Shown in pieces: positions 10,835-19,706 of a DNA stretch of 64,000 nt. Position 1 is the stretch's first letter; each line of letters begins with the position of its first letter. Both the position numbers and the translations under genes were made by a program. Below the pieces are notes generated by a model. The model did no database searches, was not told the origin of the DNA, and saw only the letters and a list, made by a program, of their open reading frames with translations. Source of the stretch: Candidatus Komeilibacteria bacterium RIFOXYD1_FULL_37_29 (GTDB lineage: Bacteria; Patescibacteriota; Patescibacteriia; UBA1558; GWA2-36-10); contig MHKS01000005.1 of NCBI GenBank assembly GCA_001818495.1, forward strand, positions 250,038 to 314,037. Reading direction: 5' to 3'.

Positions 10835-11731
10835 ATGTTTGATGACTTAAAACAAGACAGTCCAATAAAATCAACTGCTCCCAATGGAGCGTCCAATACG
10901 AACAACTCGACAGTTCGTCAACCCCAAAGAGCGACTGGTATTGATGATATGTTTGATGATGTGGATCCGGTAGCTAGTGCAAGTAGCGGTGGACCAGTTG
11001 ATCCCAACAAACCTAGTGCTGTAAAGTCGGGTAAGATTAAGGTAGTTTCTCAAACCAACTTACCTACCAGCGCCCAGGCGGCTTCTCAGGTGGCTAGCTA
11101 TCCAGTTATACCACAGCCAGTTCGACCATCTAGCATGCCCACTATGTCACTAGATGATTCTATGGTTGTGACCGACGGAAGATCCAATGGCGTTATGAGA
11201 AAAATAATTATTACTTTTTTAGTCATTGTTCTTTTGGCCTTGGTCGGCGGGGGAGTTTATTATTTCTTTTTAAGAACTAATGGTTTGGACAATAACGCTC
11301 AGCCAAACGATAATGCCAATAATAATGTGGCTAATGAAAATAATAATCAAGTGGATGTATTTAATGAATCCGACCAAGAGCCGACAATCAATGAAGATGA
11401 ATTGGATGATGATTTTGATGGACTGAGCAATGGTTTAGAAAAGACCTATGGCACCAATCCTTTGGAAGTAGATAGTGATAATGACGGAGTTTTTGATCAA
11501 GATGAGGTCGAAACCCACAAGACTGATCCCTTAGCTGATGATAGTGATAGCGACGGACTTAGTGATTATCAGGAAATTATTATTTATAAGTCCGATCCCA
11601 ATGATCCCGATACAGATGGAGACACATTTTTAGACGGTGTGGAGGTGCTAAATGGTTATAATCCACTAGGTGCTGGTAAATTGGAAGAGGCTACTTCTAC
11701 TAGTAATTTAAATACTAACAATACTTTATAA
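10835..11731 (+). CDS. Membrane protein with a disordered N-terminus, one TM helix, an Asn-rich low-complexity region and thrombospondin type-3-like Ca-binding repeats (DxDxDGxxDxxE).
   Basis: ORF. TM segment IIITFLVIVLLALVGGGVYYFF. Repeated DSDNDGVFDQDE, DDSDSDGLSDYQE and DPDTDGDTFLDG motifs. Confidence 0.7.
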   Translation: MFDDLKQDSPIKSTAPNGASNTNNSTVRQPQRATGIDDMFDDVDPVASASSGGPVDPNKPSAVKSGKIKVVSQTNLPTSAQAASQVASYPVIPQPVRPSSMPTMSLDDSMVVTDGRSNGVMRKIIITFLVIVLLALVGGGVYYFFLRTNGLDNNAQPNDNANNNVANENNNQVDVFNESDQEPTINEDELDDDFDGLSNGLEKTYGTNPLEVDSDNDGVFDQDEVETHKTDPLADDSDSDGLSDYQEIIIYKSDPNDPDTDGDTFLDGVEVLNGYNPLGAGKLEEATSTSNLNTNNTL

Positions 11732-11735
11732 AATT

Positions 11736-12854
11736 ATGTTTAATGATCAGAATGTAAATAATCATTCGAGTGGCTTTGGTCGGGGCGATAATAACGGTTT
11801 TGGTAAAAAAAATAGCGCAGCTTTGGGCAATATTTTAGGTGTACAGAAAGAGGTGGTTAATGTCCATGCTATGCCATCCAAGTTTGTCACCACCACTCAG
11901 CGAACCGGCCATTTAACTACTGCTAGTGGAGCCAAAGGATCGGGGCGCAAATTATTATTAATTACTATTTCCTTGATTTTAGTAATCATTGTAGTAATTG
12001 GGGGAATTATGTATTTTGTTAATGGTGGAAAAGAAAAACTCAATTTTAGCCAACTATTTGGTCAAAATTTAGATTCTAATAATGTAGCCAATGAAAGTGT
12101 CAATCAGAATATAAATGACAACACAAACGACAACACCAATGAAGTAGTCAATGACAATACCAATCAGAATATAAACGACAACACCAACGACAACACCAAT
12201 GAAGTAGTCAATGACAATACCAATCAGAATATAAATGACAACACAAACGACAACACCAACGAAACTCCAAATTATCAGCCCGCTGTTGATACAGATGGAG
12301 ACGGTTTAACTACTGAAGAAGAATTGGTCTTTGGCACCAATCCGGATTTGGAGGACACCGATAAAGATGGTTATAAAGATGGACAAGAAATAACTAGTCT
12401 TTATAATCCTTTAGTACCAGCCCAAGATTTATTTTCTTCGGGCCTAGTTAAAAAATTTATTTCCTCCAATTATGGTTATACATTTTTTAGACCCAACACT
12501 TGGACAGCCAAGGTGGTCGGTACAGTTAGTAATATTATTATTTTGCCGGATTCTGAATCTGGTGAATCATTTAATATTGAAATAACGACTAATCCAGAAA
12601 ATAAAACACTTAGCCAGTTATTAGATGAAACGGGTAGTGTTTTTGTTGACGCTGAAAATTATAGTCTAGCTGGAGCACCGGCCTATCGTTCATTAGATGG
12701 CCGTAAAGTATCGGCTATCAGTAACGGTTTTTTATTCGTTATTTCTCACAATGTTAGTGGTTTAGGTGAAGTTAGTTTTGATAATATTTTTGAGATGATG
12801 TTAAAAAGTTTTACCTGGACGGAAATAGAGAGCCCCGATGTCAATGAATTATAA
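11736..12854 (+). CDS. Paralog of the preceding gene: N-terminal disordered region, a TM helix, a 3x tandem 20-aa Asn-rich repeat, TSP3-like Ca-binding repeats and a C-terminal globular domain.
   Basis: ORF with the same architecture and the same MF(D/N)D start. Contains DTDGDGLTTEE and DTDKDGYKDGQE motifs. Confidence 0.7.
   Translation: MFNDQNVNNHSSGFGRGDNNGFGKKNSAALGNILGVQKEVVNVHAMPSKFVTTTQRTGHLTTASGAKGSGRKLLLITISLILVIIVVIGGIMYFVNGGKEKLNFSQLFGQNLDSNNVANESVNQNINDNTNDNTNEVVNDNTNQNINDNTNDNTNEVVNDNTNQNINDNTNDNTNETPNYQPAVDTDGDGLTTEEELVFGTNPDLEDTDKDGYKDGQEITSLYNPLVPAQDLFSSGLVKKFISSNYGYTFFRPNTWTAKVVGTVSNIIILPDSESGESFNIEITTNPENKTLSQLLDETGSVFVDAENYSLAGAPAYRSLDGRKVSAISNGFLFVISHNVSGLGEVSFDNIFEMMLKSFTWTEIESPDVNEL
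12099..12262 (+). repeat. About 2.7 copies of a 60-bp in-frame tandem repeat encoding N(D/E)NTNQNINDNTNDNTNEVV.
   Basis: Near-identical 60-bp units visible directly in the sequence. Confidence 0.8.
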
Positions 12855-13260
12855 GTTATTAAATTTGAATAAAGCCGGTCAGGTGGCTGATTTTTCTTGG
12901 TTGGGTAATCTGGAAAAGATAGTGAGAAATAAGTTTAAATTAAAAAAACAAATATCCATTGCTCTAATTGGAGAAAGGGAAATTAAAAATTTAAATCGTT
13001 TTTATCGGAAGAAAAATAAAATTACGGATGTCCTATCTTTTGGGGTAGCCAATGATTATATTTTAGGGGAAGTATTAATCTGTACCGATCAGGCGCGTCG
13101 GCAGGCTAAAACAAAAAAACAGACTTATCGAGCTGAATTACAGCTTCTGACAATTCATGGAATTTTACATCTTTTGGGTTATGATCATGAAAAGAGTATC
13201 AAAGAGCAAGTTCGTCAGGAGACCACGGAGAACAAAATATTAGTTGATTTAAATACATAA
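12838..13260 (+). CDS. ybeY: Endoribonuclease YbeY (rRNA maturation factor).
   Basis: HGILHLLGYDHE, i.e. the H-x3-H-x5-H zinc motif, at the size typical of the family. Confidence 0.85.
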   Translation: MSMNYKLLNLNKAGQVADFSWLGNLEKIVRNKFKLKKQISIALIGEREIKNLNRFYRKKNKITDVLSFGVANDYILGEVLICTDQARRQAKTKKQTYRAELQLLTIHGILHLLGYDHEKSIKEQVRQETTENKILVDLNT

Positions 13261-13262
13261 TA

Positions 13263-13604
13263 ATGAATTGGAATTTTTATAGAAATTTTAGATTTGCTTT
13301 TCGGGGCCTTAAAAATGTTTTTTATACAGAAAAAACTTTTCGTTTGCATACCTTGATTGCTCTTTTAGTCATTGCCTATTCTTGGTATCAGGGACTGGAA
13401 AAGATTTATTGGGTAGTAGTTTTGATGATTATTGCACTGGTTATGTCTTTGGAAATTTTTAATTCAGCCATTGAGAGACTAGTAGACATGTTGGCTCCGC
13501 GTACCCACAATTTTGCCAAAGAAATCAAAGATCTTTTGGCCGCTATGGTGCTTTTGGTCTCACTTTTTGCCGCGGCCATCGGTTTTATTGTATTTCTATG
13601 GTAG
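13263..13604 (+). CDS. dgkA: Diacylglycerol/undecaprenol kinase, DgkA family.
   Basis: EIFNSAIERLVDML…KDLLAAMVL aligns with E. coli DgkA EILNSAIEAVVDRIG…KDMGSAAVL. Three TM helices. Confidence 0.8.
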   Translation: MNWNFYRNFRFAFRGLKNVFYTEKTFRLHTLIALLVIAYSWYQGLEKIYWVVVLMIIALVMSLEIFNSAIERLVDMLAPRTHNFAKEIKDLLAAMVLLVSLFAAAIGFIVFLW

Positions 13605-13650
13605 TTTATAAATAATTTGTATATTGAGAGTAAAAAAGGGTCTAATCAAT

Positions 13651-13679
13651 TTGGCAAATATAGATAATTTAGTTATAAT
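13651..13679 (+). promoter_or_regulatory. Sigma70-type promoter for ftsA: TTGGCA, 17 nt, TATAAT.
   Basis: Consensus-like -35 and -10 hexamers with a 17-nt spacer, 21 nt upstream of the ftsA ATG. Confidence 0.6.
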
Positions 13680-13699
13680 TAATAATCATAAGACATAAA

Positions 13700-14950
13700 A
13701 TGGTCAGTAACAGGGACATCATTACCGGTTTGGATATCGGCACTAACGCGATTAGGATAGTCATGGGGCAAAGAATGCCCGAGGGCCGTCTTAAGATTAT
13801 TGGTGCGGCTGACACTCCCTCGGAAGGGATTATTAGGGGTAGTATAAATTCTATCGAAGAGGCTGTTTCAGTCATATCCGAGACTATAGAAAAATGTGAA
13901 CGCATGACCGGCATGCGGATTGATAAGATTGTGGTGGGTATTTCTGGTTCACACATTAAAACTATTAGTAGTAAAGGTGTGGTAGCGGTGGCCAAGGCCA
14001 ATGAACAGGTAGAAGACTCAGATGTCGAGAGAGCTTTGGAGGTGGCAGAAAATACCACCACTTTGCCAAATTATGAGATACTACATGTTTTGCCAATTAG
14101 TTACAATTTGGATGATCAAAAGAACATTCGCGAGCCCCAAGGGATGAGTGGCGTGCGTTTGGAAGTAGAAACTCAAGTAGTGCTGGCTTTGTCTTCGCAG
14201 GTCAAAAATATGACCAAAGTTATTTATCGAACGGGAGTAGATATTGAGTTTATAGTTTTTTCTATTTTAGCTACAGCCGAAGCAGTTTTGACTGTCAAGC
14301 AAAAAGAATTGGGTGTGGCTGTAGTCAATATTGGTTCAGCCACCACTTCTTTGGCTGTTTTTGAAGAAGGCAATATTTTACACACCGCAGTTTTACCCGT
14401 TGGTGCTGGACATATCACCAACGATTTAGCGATTGGTCTGAAAACATCAGTGGAAGTAGCCGAGTCTGTCAAGATAGACCACGGTCAAGCCATTGATGAT
14501 GGAATTTCCAAAAGAGATGAAGTGGATTTACACAAATATTCCGAGGAAGAAAAGAAGGGTTCTTATGTTTATAAAAAAGACATTGTTGATATTGCTCAGG
14601 CCAGACTCGAAGAAATATTTTCTTTGGTTAAAGACGAGCTTAAAGCCATTGATCGCGATGGTAAATTGCCGGGCGGTATAATACTGACTGGTGGCGGAGC
14701 CAAGATGCCAATGATCGTTGATCTAGCTAAAGATGTTTTAGAACTGCCAGTTTTTTTGGGCATGCCAGTTGACAGCCATTTTCCCATTGATAAATTAAAC
14801 GATACAGAATATACTACAGCTCTCGGCTTGGTGCTGTGGGCCAATAAAAATATGGAAGGTGGCCGAGGTATCTTGGGTAATATATCCGCAATTTCCCAAA
14901 GTACCGATAGAATGAAACGTTGGTTCAAATCACTTTGGCCATCATCTTAA
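13700..14950 (+). CDS. ftsA: Cell division protein FtsA.
   Basis: ITGLDIGTNAIRIV N-terminus, VVNIGSATTSLAVFEEG, LTGGGAKMP: actin-like ATPase motifs of FtsA. ftsZ follows immediately. Confidence 0.9.
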   Translation: MVSNRDIITGLDIGTNAIRIVMGQRMPEGRLKIIGAADTPSEGIIRGSINSIEEAVSVISETIEKCERMTGMRIDKIVVGISGSHIKTISSKGVVAVAKANEQVEDSDVERALEVAENTTTLPNYEILHVLPISYNLDDQKNIREPQGMSGVRLEVETQVVLALSSQVKNMTKVIYRTGVDIEFIVFSILATAEAVLTVKQKELGVAVVNIGSATTSLAVFEEGNILHTAVLPVGAGHITNDLAIGLKTSVEVAESVKIDHGQAIDDGISKRDEVDLHKYSEEEKKGSYVYKKDIVDIAQARLEEIFSLVKDELKAIDRDGKLPGGIILTGGGAKMPMIVDLAKDVLELPVFLGMPVDSHFPIDKLNDTEYTTALGLVLWANKNMEGGRGILGNISAISQSTDRMKRWFKSLWPSS

Positions 14951-14977
14951 AAATTATATTTATTTAAATTTAAAATA

Positions 14978-16159
14978 ATGGTAAAAAAGAATATCAAAGA
15001 AGTTATGCCGCCGATAGAGACTTTTGCTAATATCAAAGTAATTGGTGTTGGTGGTTCTGGTGGATCAGCTGTCAATCGTATGGTTGCTTCCAAAATTAGA
15101 GGAGTTGATTTTATTGCTGTAAATACCGATGCCCAGGCTTTACATAGTTCTATTGCTCCTCGCAAAATTCATATTGGTAAAACTACCACCAAAGGATTGG
15201 GGGCTGGCATGGATCCAGATTTGGGCCTAAAGAGTGCCGAAGAAAATGAGCAGGATATCATGGAACATATTGCTGGAGCCGATATGGTGTTTATTACTTG
15301 CGGTTTGGGAGGGGGAACTGGTACTGGGGCGGCACCACTAATTGCTGATTTGGCTAGAGAAGCTGGAGCACTGACTGTCGCGGTAGTGACCAAACCATTT
15401 ACTTTTGAAGGGGTCCAAAGAAAAGCCATTGCTGAAAGAGGACTAGAAAGACTGATTGATAAAGTCGATACTATTATTACCATTCCCAATGATCGCTTAC
15501 TGCAAATTATTGATAAAAAAACTTCATTGCTTGAAGCTTTCTCTATTGTTGATGAGGTTTTAAAACAGGGTGTCCAGGGAATTTCGGAGGTCATTACTGT
15601 TCCGGGACTGGTCAATGTAGACTTTGCCGATGTCAAAGCGATTATGAGTTCAGCCGGTAGCGCTTTGATGGGCATTGGTACAGCTAGTGGTGAAAACAGA
15701 GCTCGGGATGCTGCTAAAGCTGCTATTGATAGTCCGCTTTTGGAGCTATCAATAAATGGCGCCACTGGTGTGCTATTTACTATTTCTGGTGCTAGCGATT
15801 TGACTATGTATGAGGTCAATGAAGCAGCCGAGGTGATTACTGGTAGCTGTGATCCAGAAGCAAAAATAATTTTTGGTACAGTGATTGATGAGGCCTTGGG
15901 TGATAAAGTAAAGGTAACGGTTATTGCCACCGGCTTTAAGGGCAATGATAATATGACTGTAAAGTCCAATGTTTCTTCTAGCCACAGTATGAGTCATCCG
16001 GAAAATTTTGCCAAAAAATCTGAAGAAAGAAAAATGAAGCAGGCTTTTGAAAAAGAAAGAGATGATAGAGTAGAAGAAGTAGTGGATGTGCCAAAAACTC
16101 AAAAAGAAGAAGAACTTGATATACCGGCATTTTTACGAAAAAAACTAAGGAACAGATAA
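14978..16159 (+). CDS. ftsZ: Cell division GTPase FtsZ.
   Basis: Tubulin signature GGGTGTGAAP, NTDAQAL, and a C-terminal DIPAFLR tail. Confidence 0.95.
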   Translation: MVKKNIKEVMPPIETFANIKVIGVGGSGGSAVNRMVASKIRGVDFIAVNTDAQALHSSIAPRKIHIGKTTTKGLGAGMDPDLGLKSAEENEQDIMEHIAGADMVFITCGLGGGTGTGAAPLIADLAREAGALTVAVVTKPFTFEGVQRKAIAERGLERLIDKVDTIITIPNDRLLQIIDKKTSLLEAFSIVDEVLKQGVQGISEVITVPGLVNVDFADVKAIMSSAGSALMGIGTASGENRARDAAKAAIDSPLLELSINGATGVLFTISGASDLTMYEVNEAAEVITGSCDPEAKIIFGTVIDEALGDKVKVTVIATGFKGNDNMTVKSNVSSSHSMSHPENFAKKSEERKMKQAFEKERDDRVEEVVDVPKTQKEEELDIPAFLRKKLRNR

Positions 16160-16230
16160 AATGAATCCCGTTAGAAATTCAAATTGTATTACTAATGGGA
16201 TAATATAAACAAGTATAAATTTCTAACGGG

Positions 16231-16704
16231 ATGAACTGTCCGGTTTGTGCTAATAAAGATACTAAAGTAGTAGACTCTCGTCTGGGTGGCGAGGGTTTTA
16301 GTATTCGCCGTCGTCGTTTATGTGCCAAATGTAGTTTTCGTTTTTCTACAGTGGAAAAGATGGAAATCTTGGATTTGACCGTGATCAAACGCGATGGTCG
16401 TCGGGAAAATTATAATAAAGAAAAATTAATCAGAGGTCTTAGAACATCTTTAGAAAAAAGACAGTATTTGGAGGATGATTTTTATAAATTGATCAACGAG
16501 ATTGAAAAAGATATTCAAAAAGACGCTAAAAACGAGATAACTTCTAAAAAAATTGGTGAAATAGTCATGAAGCAGCTGAAATCTTTTGATCAGGTGGCTT
16601 ATATCCGCTATGCTTCAGTTTATCGGTCTTTTAAAGATGTCCAGACATTTCAAAAAGAACTCAATCAACTACTGAGAAAAAAGAAAATCAGGCCTCGCTT
16701 GTAG
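16231..16704 (+). CDS. nrdR: Transcriptional repressor NrdR (zinc ribbon plus ATP cone).
   Basis: MNCPVCANKDTKVVDSR…RRRRLCAKCSFRFSTVEK. Confidence 0.9.
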   Translation: MNCPVCANKDTKVVDSRLGGEGFSIRRRRLCAKCSFRFSTVEKMEILDLTVIKRDGRRENYNKEKLIRGLRTSLEKRQYLEDDFYKLINEIEKDIQKDAKNEITSKKIGEIVMKQLKSFDQVAYIRYASVYRSFKDVQTFQKELNQLLRKKKIRPRL

Positions 16705-16774
16705 GCTACGGTCGAGGGAAAATAGTTATCCACTTGTGGGCTATTTTTTTTCATGTTAAGATCATATTACTTTG

Positions 16775-16905
16775 ACAATTCAATCAGGGAAGTGAGGTGT
16801 GAATCCTCTACAGTCCTAGCTACGGTAAGCTCCATGCAAGTATTATGGGGACAAGTCCGATACCTGAGATATTTGCTTTCTCCTAAGGAGAGAAGAGCTA
16901 AATTT
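16775..16905 (+). promoter_or_regulatory. Putative cobalamin (B12) riboswitch aptamer.
   Basis: CAGGGAAGTGAGGTGTGAATCC…ACAG.CC…CGGTAAG matches the conserved cobalamin-riboswitch core (AGGGAA…GGTG…GAATC…GGTAAG). The downstream gene is a DUF4430/transcobalamin-like protein. Confidence 0.55.
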
Positions 16906-16923
16906 ATTAACCAATAACTTTAA

Positions 16924-16952
16924 CTCTGCTTTTCTTAGGGCAGAGATTTTTT
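16924..16952 (+). terminator. Intrinsic terminator, the likely riboswitch expression platform.
   Basis: Hairpin CTCTGC-ttttcttagg-GCAGAG followed by a T-run. Confidence 0.55.
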
Positions 16953-17037
16953 GTATATAATTTATAATTTAAAATATTATGAACCCCGTTAGAAATTCAT
17001 AAAATATAGCGGGGGAATAAAGAGTAAATATAATATT

Positions 17038-18837
17038 ATGAAAGTTACTAAAATTTTTAACGGGGCGAAAAAAATTATTCTTATTATTTTGGCCATAATT
17101 ACTTTGGTTATTCCCAGTTTGATTTTGGCAGACAATAATACCACCATTAGTTATTTAAAAGGACAAAATCAAAATGCCTGGATTAGTCAGGCTCTTACGG
17201 CTGCTTCAGTAGAAGAAGTGGATATTTCCTATCTAGACTATCAAACTACTGACTTGATGACAGCTGCTAAAAATATTTTGGTTTTAGCCGCTGTAAAATC
17301 TCCGGAAACAGTCAAAATAAATCAGCTAGTAGAAGTTATAGTTACTAGCAAAAATAATGGCCAATTTGGTTCAGTAGATTTATTAAATGATGATTTTTGG
17401 GCTATTTTAGCTTTGGCCTCAGTCAAGCATTTAGATAATACTCAAGATGTTAAAAATTTTATTTTAGAGCACCAAAACAGCGACGGTGGTTGGAGTTGGG
17501 CCAAAAATGGCGCCTCTGATAGCAACGACACAGCCGCCGCTATTATGGCTTTACTTGATTGGGGACTTACTAGCTCATCAACCGAGATCACCAGAGCTTT
17601 GGGTTATTTAAAGAGCGTTCAAAATGATGATGGTGGTTTTGCTTATGATATAGGTAGTCTATCTGATGGAGCTTCGACCGCTTGGATTATGGCGTCTTTA
17701 AATAAAGCAGAGATTAGCGCTAGTAGTTGGCAAAAAAATAATAATAACCCCGTAGCTTTTTTAGAAAATCTTAGACAAGATGACGGGTCATTTTTGTGGA
17801 TGCCGTCTGATGACCACGGTTCTAGTATGGTCACAGCTTATGCTTTATTAGCCCTAAGTGGCCAGAGCTATCCAGTAAATTATATAGACATAGGTACAGA
17901 AGACGAAGAACCGATTTCTGGTCATAGTTTGCGGATTGAAGGGCCAGAGGGCACTATTTGTTTGGCTAGTGGCTTACAGGCCCAAACAGTTTTGGATTTA
18001 TTGGAATTGGGCGCTGAGGTCTGTGATTTTGAATATGTGCTTCAAGACAGCTCTTATGGTACTTATGTTTCGGCTATTGGTGGCTTGAGTGGTCAGGGGA
18101 TGAATGGCTGGCAATATTTTGTCGATTGGCAACCGGCTATGGTAGCGGCTCCTGATTATATTTTAGAGGGTCATCAGGGTGTCTTGTGGGCTTATGGTGG
18201 TTGGCCTTTTTATCCGGTCAGAGTAGAAATAAATAATACCCGTTTTCAAACCGGAGATACTTTGCTAGCTAGTTTCAATTATTATGATGGAGAAAAGTGG
18301 CTACCGCTTGCCAGTCAAGCTGTGATTTTTGGTAGCGATACCTATCAAACAGATAATTTGGGTAAATTTATTTTTACTTTAAACACGGACGGCATTTGGC
18401 CGCTATTTTCTCAACAGTCCGATCAGTATGTTAGAAGTAATCGGGAGTATATTATTGTTGGTAGTGGAGTGTCTAAAGTAGTGGACTTATCAGTCAAAAT
18501 AGAATCTGGTAGTGGTGGAGTAGGTGATAATACTATTGCTTTTAGTATTGATAAATCTAGCATTGATTTTGGTACCTTAAAACCCGGCCAAGCAGCTGAC
18601 ACTATTGTTTCGCTGGTTAATACCGGCAATGTGGATATTCATATTGAAGCCAGTGTCTTGGGTGATCAGCTTTTTCAAAATTTTACTAGCTTAGATCAGA
18701 ATTTATGGGAAGATTATAATATAGCTTTGTCTAGCAGTGCTTCTCGTCCAGTCAATGTCGGATTGTCTGTCCCTACTACTTTTAATACCCCTGGTCAAAA
18801 GGCCGGTCAATTGATTTTTTGGGCCACTAGTCAATAA
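17038..18837 (+). CDS. Secreted or surface transcobalamin-like cobalamin-binding protein: a prenyltransferase/terpene-cyclase-like alpha/alpha toroid repeat domain, a DUF4430-like domain and a C-terminal domain.
   Basis: Signal/TM N-terminus. Repeated DGGW/DDGGF/DDGSF prenyltransferase-like repeats. A GMNGWQYFVDW motif resembling DUF4430. Preceded by the riboswitch-like leader. Confidence 0.55.
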   Translation: MKVTKIFNGAKKIILIILAIITLVIPSLILADNNTTISYLKGQNQNAWISQALTAASVEEVDISYLDYQTTDLMTAAKNILVLAAVKSPETVKINQLVEVIVTSKNNGQFGSVDLLNDDFWAILALASVKHLDNTQDVKNFILEHQNSDGGWSWAKNGASDSNDTAAAIMALLDWGLTSSSTEITRALGYLKSVQNDDGGFAYDIGSLSDGASTAWIMASLNKAEISASSWQKNNNNPVAFLENLRQDDGSFLWMPSDDHGSSMVTAYALLALSGQSYPVNYIDIGTEDEEPISGHSLRIEGPEGTICLASGLQAQTVLDLLELGAEVCDFEYVLQDSSYGTYVSAIGGLSGQGMNGWQYFVDWQPAMVAAPDYILEGHQGVLWAYGGWPFYPVRVEINNTRFQTGDTLLASFNYYDGEKWLPLASQAVIFGSDTYQTDNLGKFIFTLNTDGIWPLFSQQSDQYVRSNREYIIVGSGVSKVVDLSVKIESGSGGVGDNTIAFSIDKSSIDFGTLKPGQAADTIVSLVNTGNVDIHIEASVLGDQLFQNFTSLDQNLWEDYNIALSSSASRPVNVGLSVPTTFNTPGQKAGQLIFWATSQ

Positions 18838-18839
18838 AT

Positions 18840-19406
18840 ATGCTAAAAATTTTCTCAGTTCTATTAGTCGTGTTGTTTGGACTACCTCTCACAGTCCAAG
18901 CCGTTGGTTTGTCTGTTTCGCCGTCTTCTCTGGATATTTTTTATCCGGATGTTTTAACACAAAAAATAAAAATACAAAATATTTCTAGTGAGCCTATAAA
19001 AATCTATGTGCGGGCTGATGATTTTTCAAAAGAGATTAGCTTAGAACCGTCGGAGTTTAATTTGTTACCCCAAGAGATTGCTCTGGTAAATATTTCAGCT
19101 GATTTTAAGCATTTATCAGCCGGTGTTAGAAAAACCAATATTTCTGTTTTGTCCCAAGCTCTAGATAAAAAGAGTTTCAATGCTATCTCTGGTATCAAGG
19201 TGCCAGTCAGTATTTATGTTACGGAAAGTTATTTCAAGTGGTCAGGACCAGCTGTCTTTGTCGTAGTGTTTTTGGGCTTGGGAGTTATTTTTATGCTTTG
19301 GTATTTATTGGTTTATATTTTCCGGCTTAAACCCAAGAAAAATAAATTAGCGGGTTTTAACTTTTTGTTACATCATAAGCGGAAAAAGTGGTATAAATGG
19401 TGGTAA
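18840..19406 (+). CDS. Hypothetical secreted protein with a C-terminal TM anchor and a basic tail.
   Basis: ORF with an N-terminal signal peptide and a C-terminal hydrophobic helix plus KK-rich tail. Translationally coupled to the upstream gene. Confidence 0.45.
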   Translation: MLKIFSVLLVVLFGLPLTVQAVGLSVSPSSLDIFYPDVLTQKIKIQNISSEPIKIYVRADDFSKEISLEPSEFNLLPQEIALVNISADFKHLSAGVRKTNISVLSQALDKKSFNAISGIKVPVSIYVTESYFKWSGPAVFVVVFLGLGVIFMLWYLLVYIFRLKPKKNKLAGFNFLLHHKRKKWYKWW

Positions 19407-19428
19407 TTTGTTATGATATTTGGAGTAG

Positions 19429-19596
19429 GGAGAGGTAGCAGATCCCGCGTAGCGGGACCCCGCTTTGCGGGGGTGGTTTAGAAATAGTAAGTTGATAATT
19501 TCATTTAGTTTTGGAGAGGTGGCAGCTCCCGCGCAGCGGGACCCCGCTTTGCGGGGGTGGTTTAGAAATAGTAAGTTGATAATTTCATTTAGTTTT
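19429..19596 (+). repeat. Tandem direct duplication (2 x 84 bp) immediately upstream of tRNA-Ser. Each unit begins with the first 8 nt of the tRNA (GGAGAGGT) and contains two GC hairpins.
   Basis: Units 19429-19512 and 19513-19596 are about 93% identical. Hairpins cccgc-gta-gcggg and ccccgc-ttt-gcgggg. Confidence 0.8.
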
Positions 19597-19686
19597 GGAG
19601 AGGTGCTAGAGTGGTTGAATAGGGTGCTCTCGAAAAGCACTAGTCCTGAAAGGGACTCGGGGGTTCAAATCCCTCCCTCTCCGCCA
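19597..19686 (+). tRNA. tRNA-Ser (anticodon CGA), class II with a long variable arm and an encoded CCA.
   Basis: Manual fold: acceptor GGAGAGG/CCTCTCC, D-stem CTA/TAG, anticodon stem GTGCT/AGCAC, loop CTCGAAA, 16-nt variable arm, T-loop TTCAAAT, discriminator G, CCA. Confidence 0.85.
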
Positions 19687-19706
19687 TCCTTCGCTAAAGC
19701 TACGGA

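Noticed and set aside
15169-16102. Minus-strand ORFs inside ftsZ.
   Set aside because: The plus-strand ftsZ has an unambiguous tubulin signature. These are antisense shadows.
19429-19596. Possible CRISPR array (GC-rich palindromic direct repeats).
   Set aside because: There are only two units. They are directly abutting with no spacers, are 84 bp long and in register with the tRNA 5' end, and no cas genes are present. I call this a tandem duplication.
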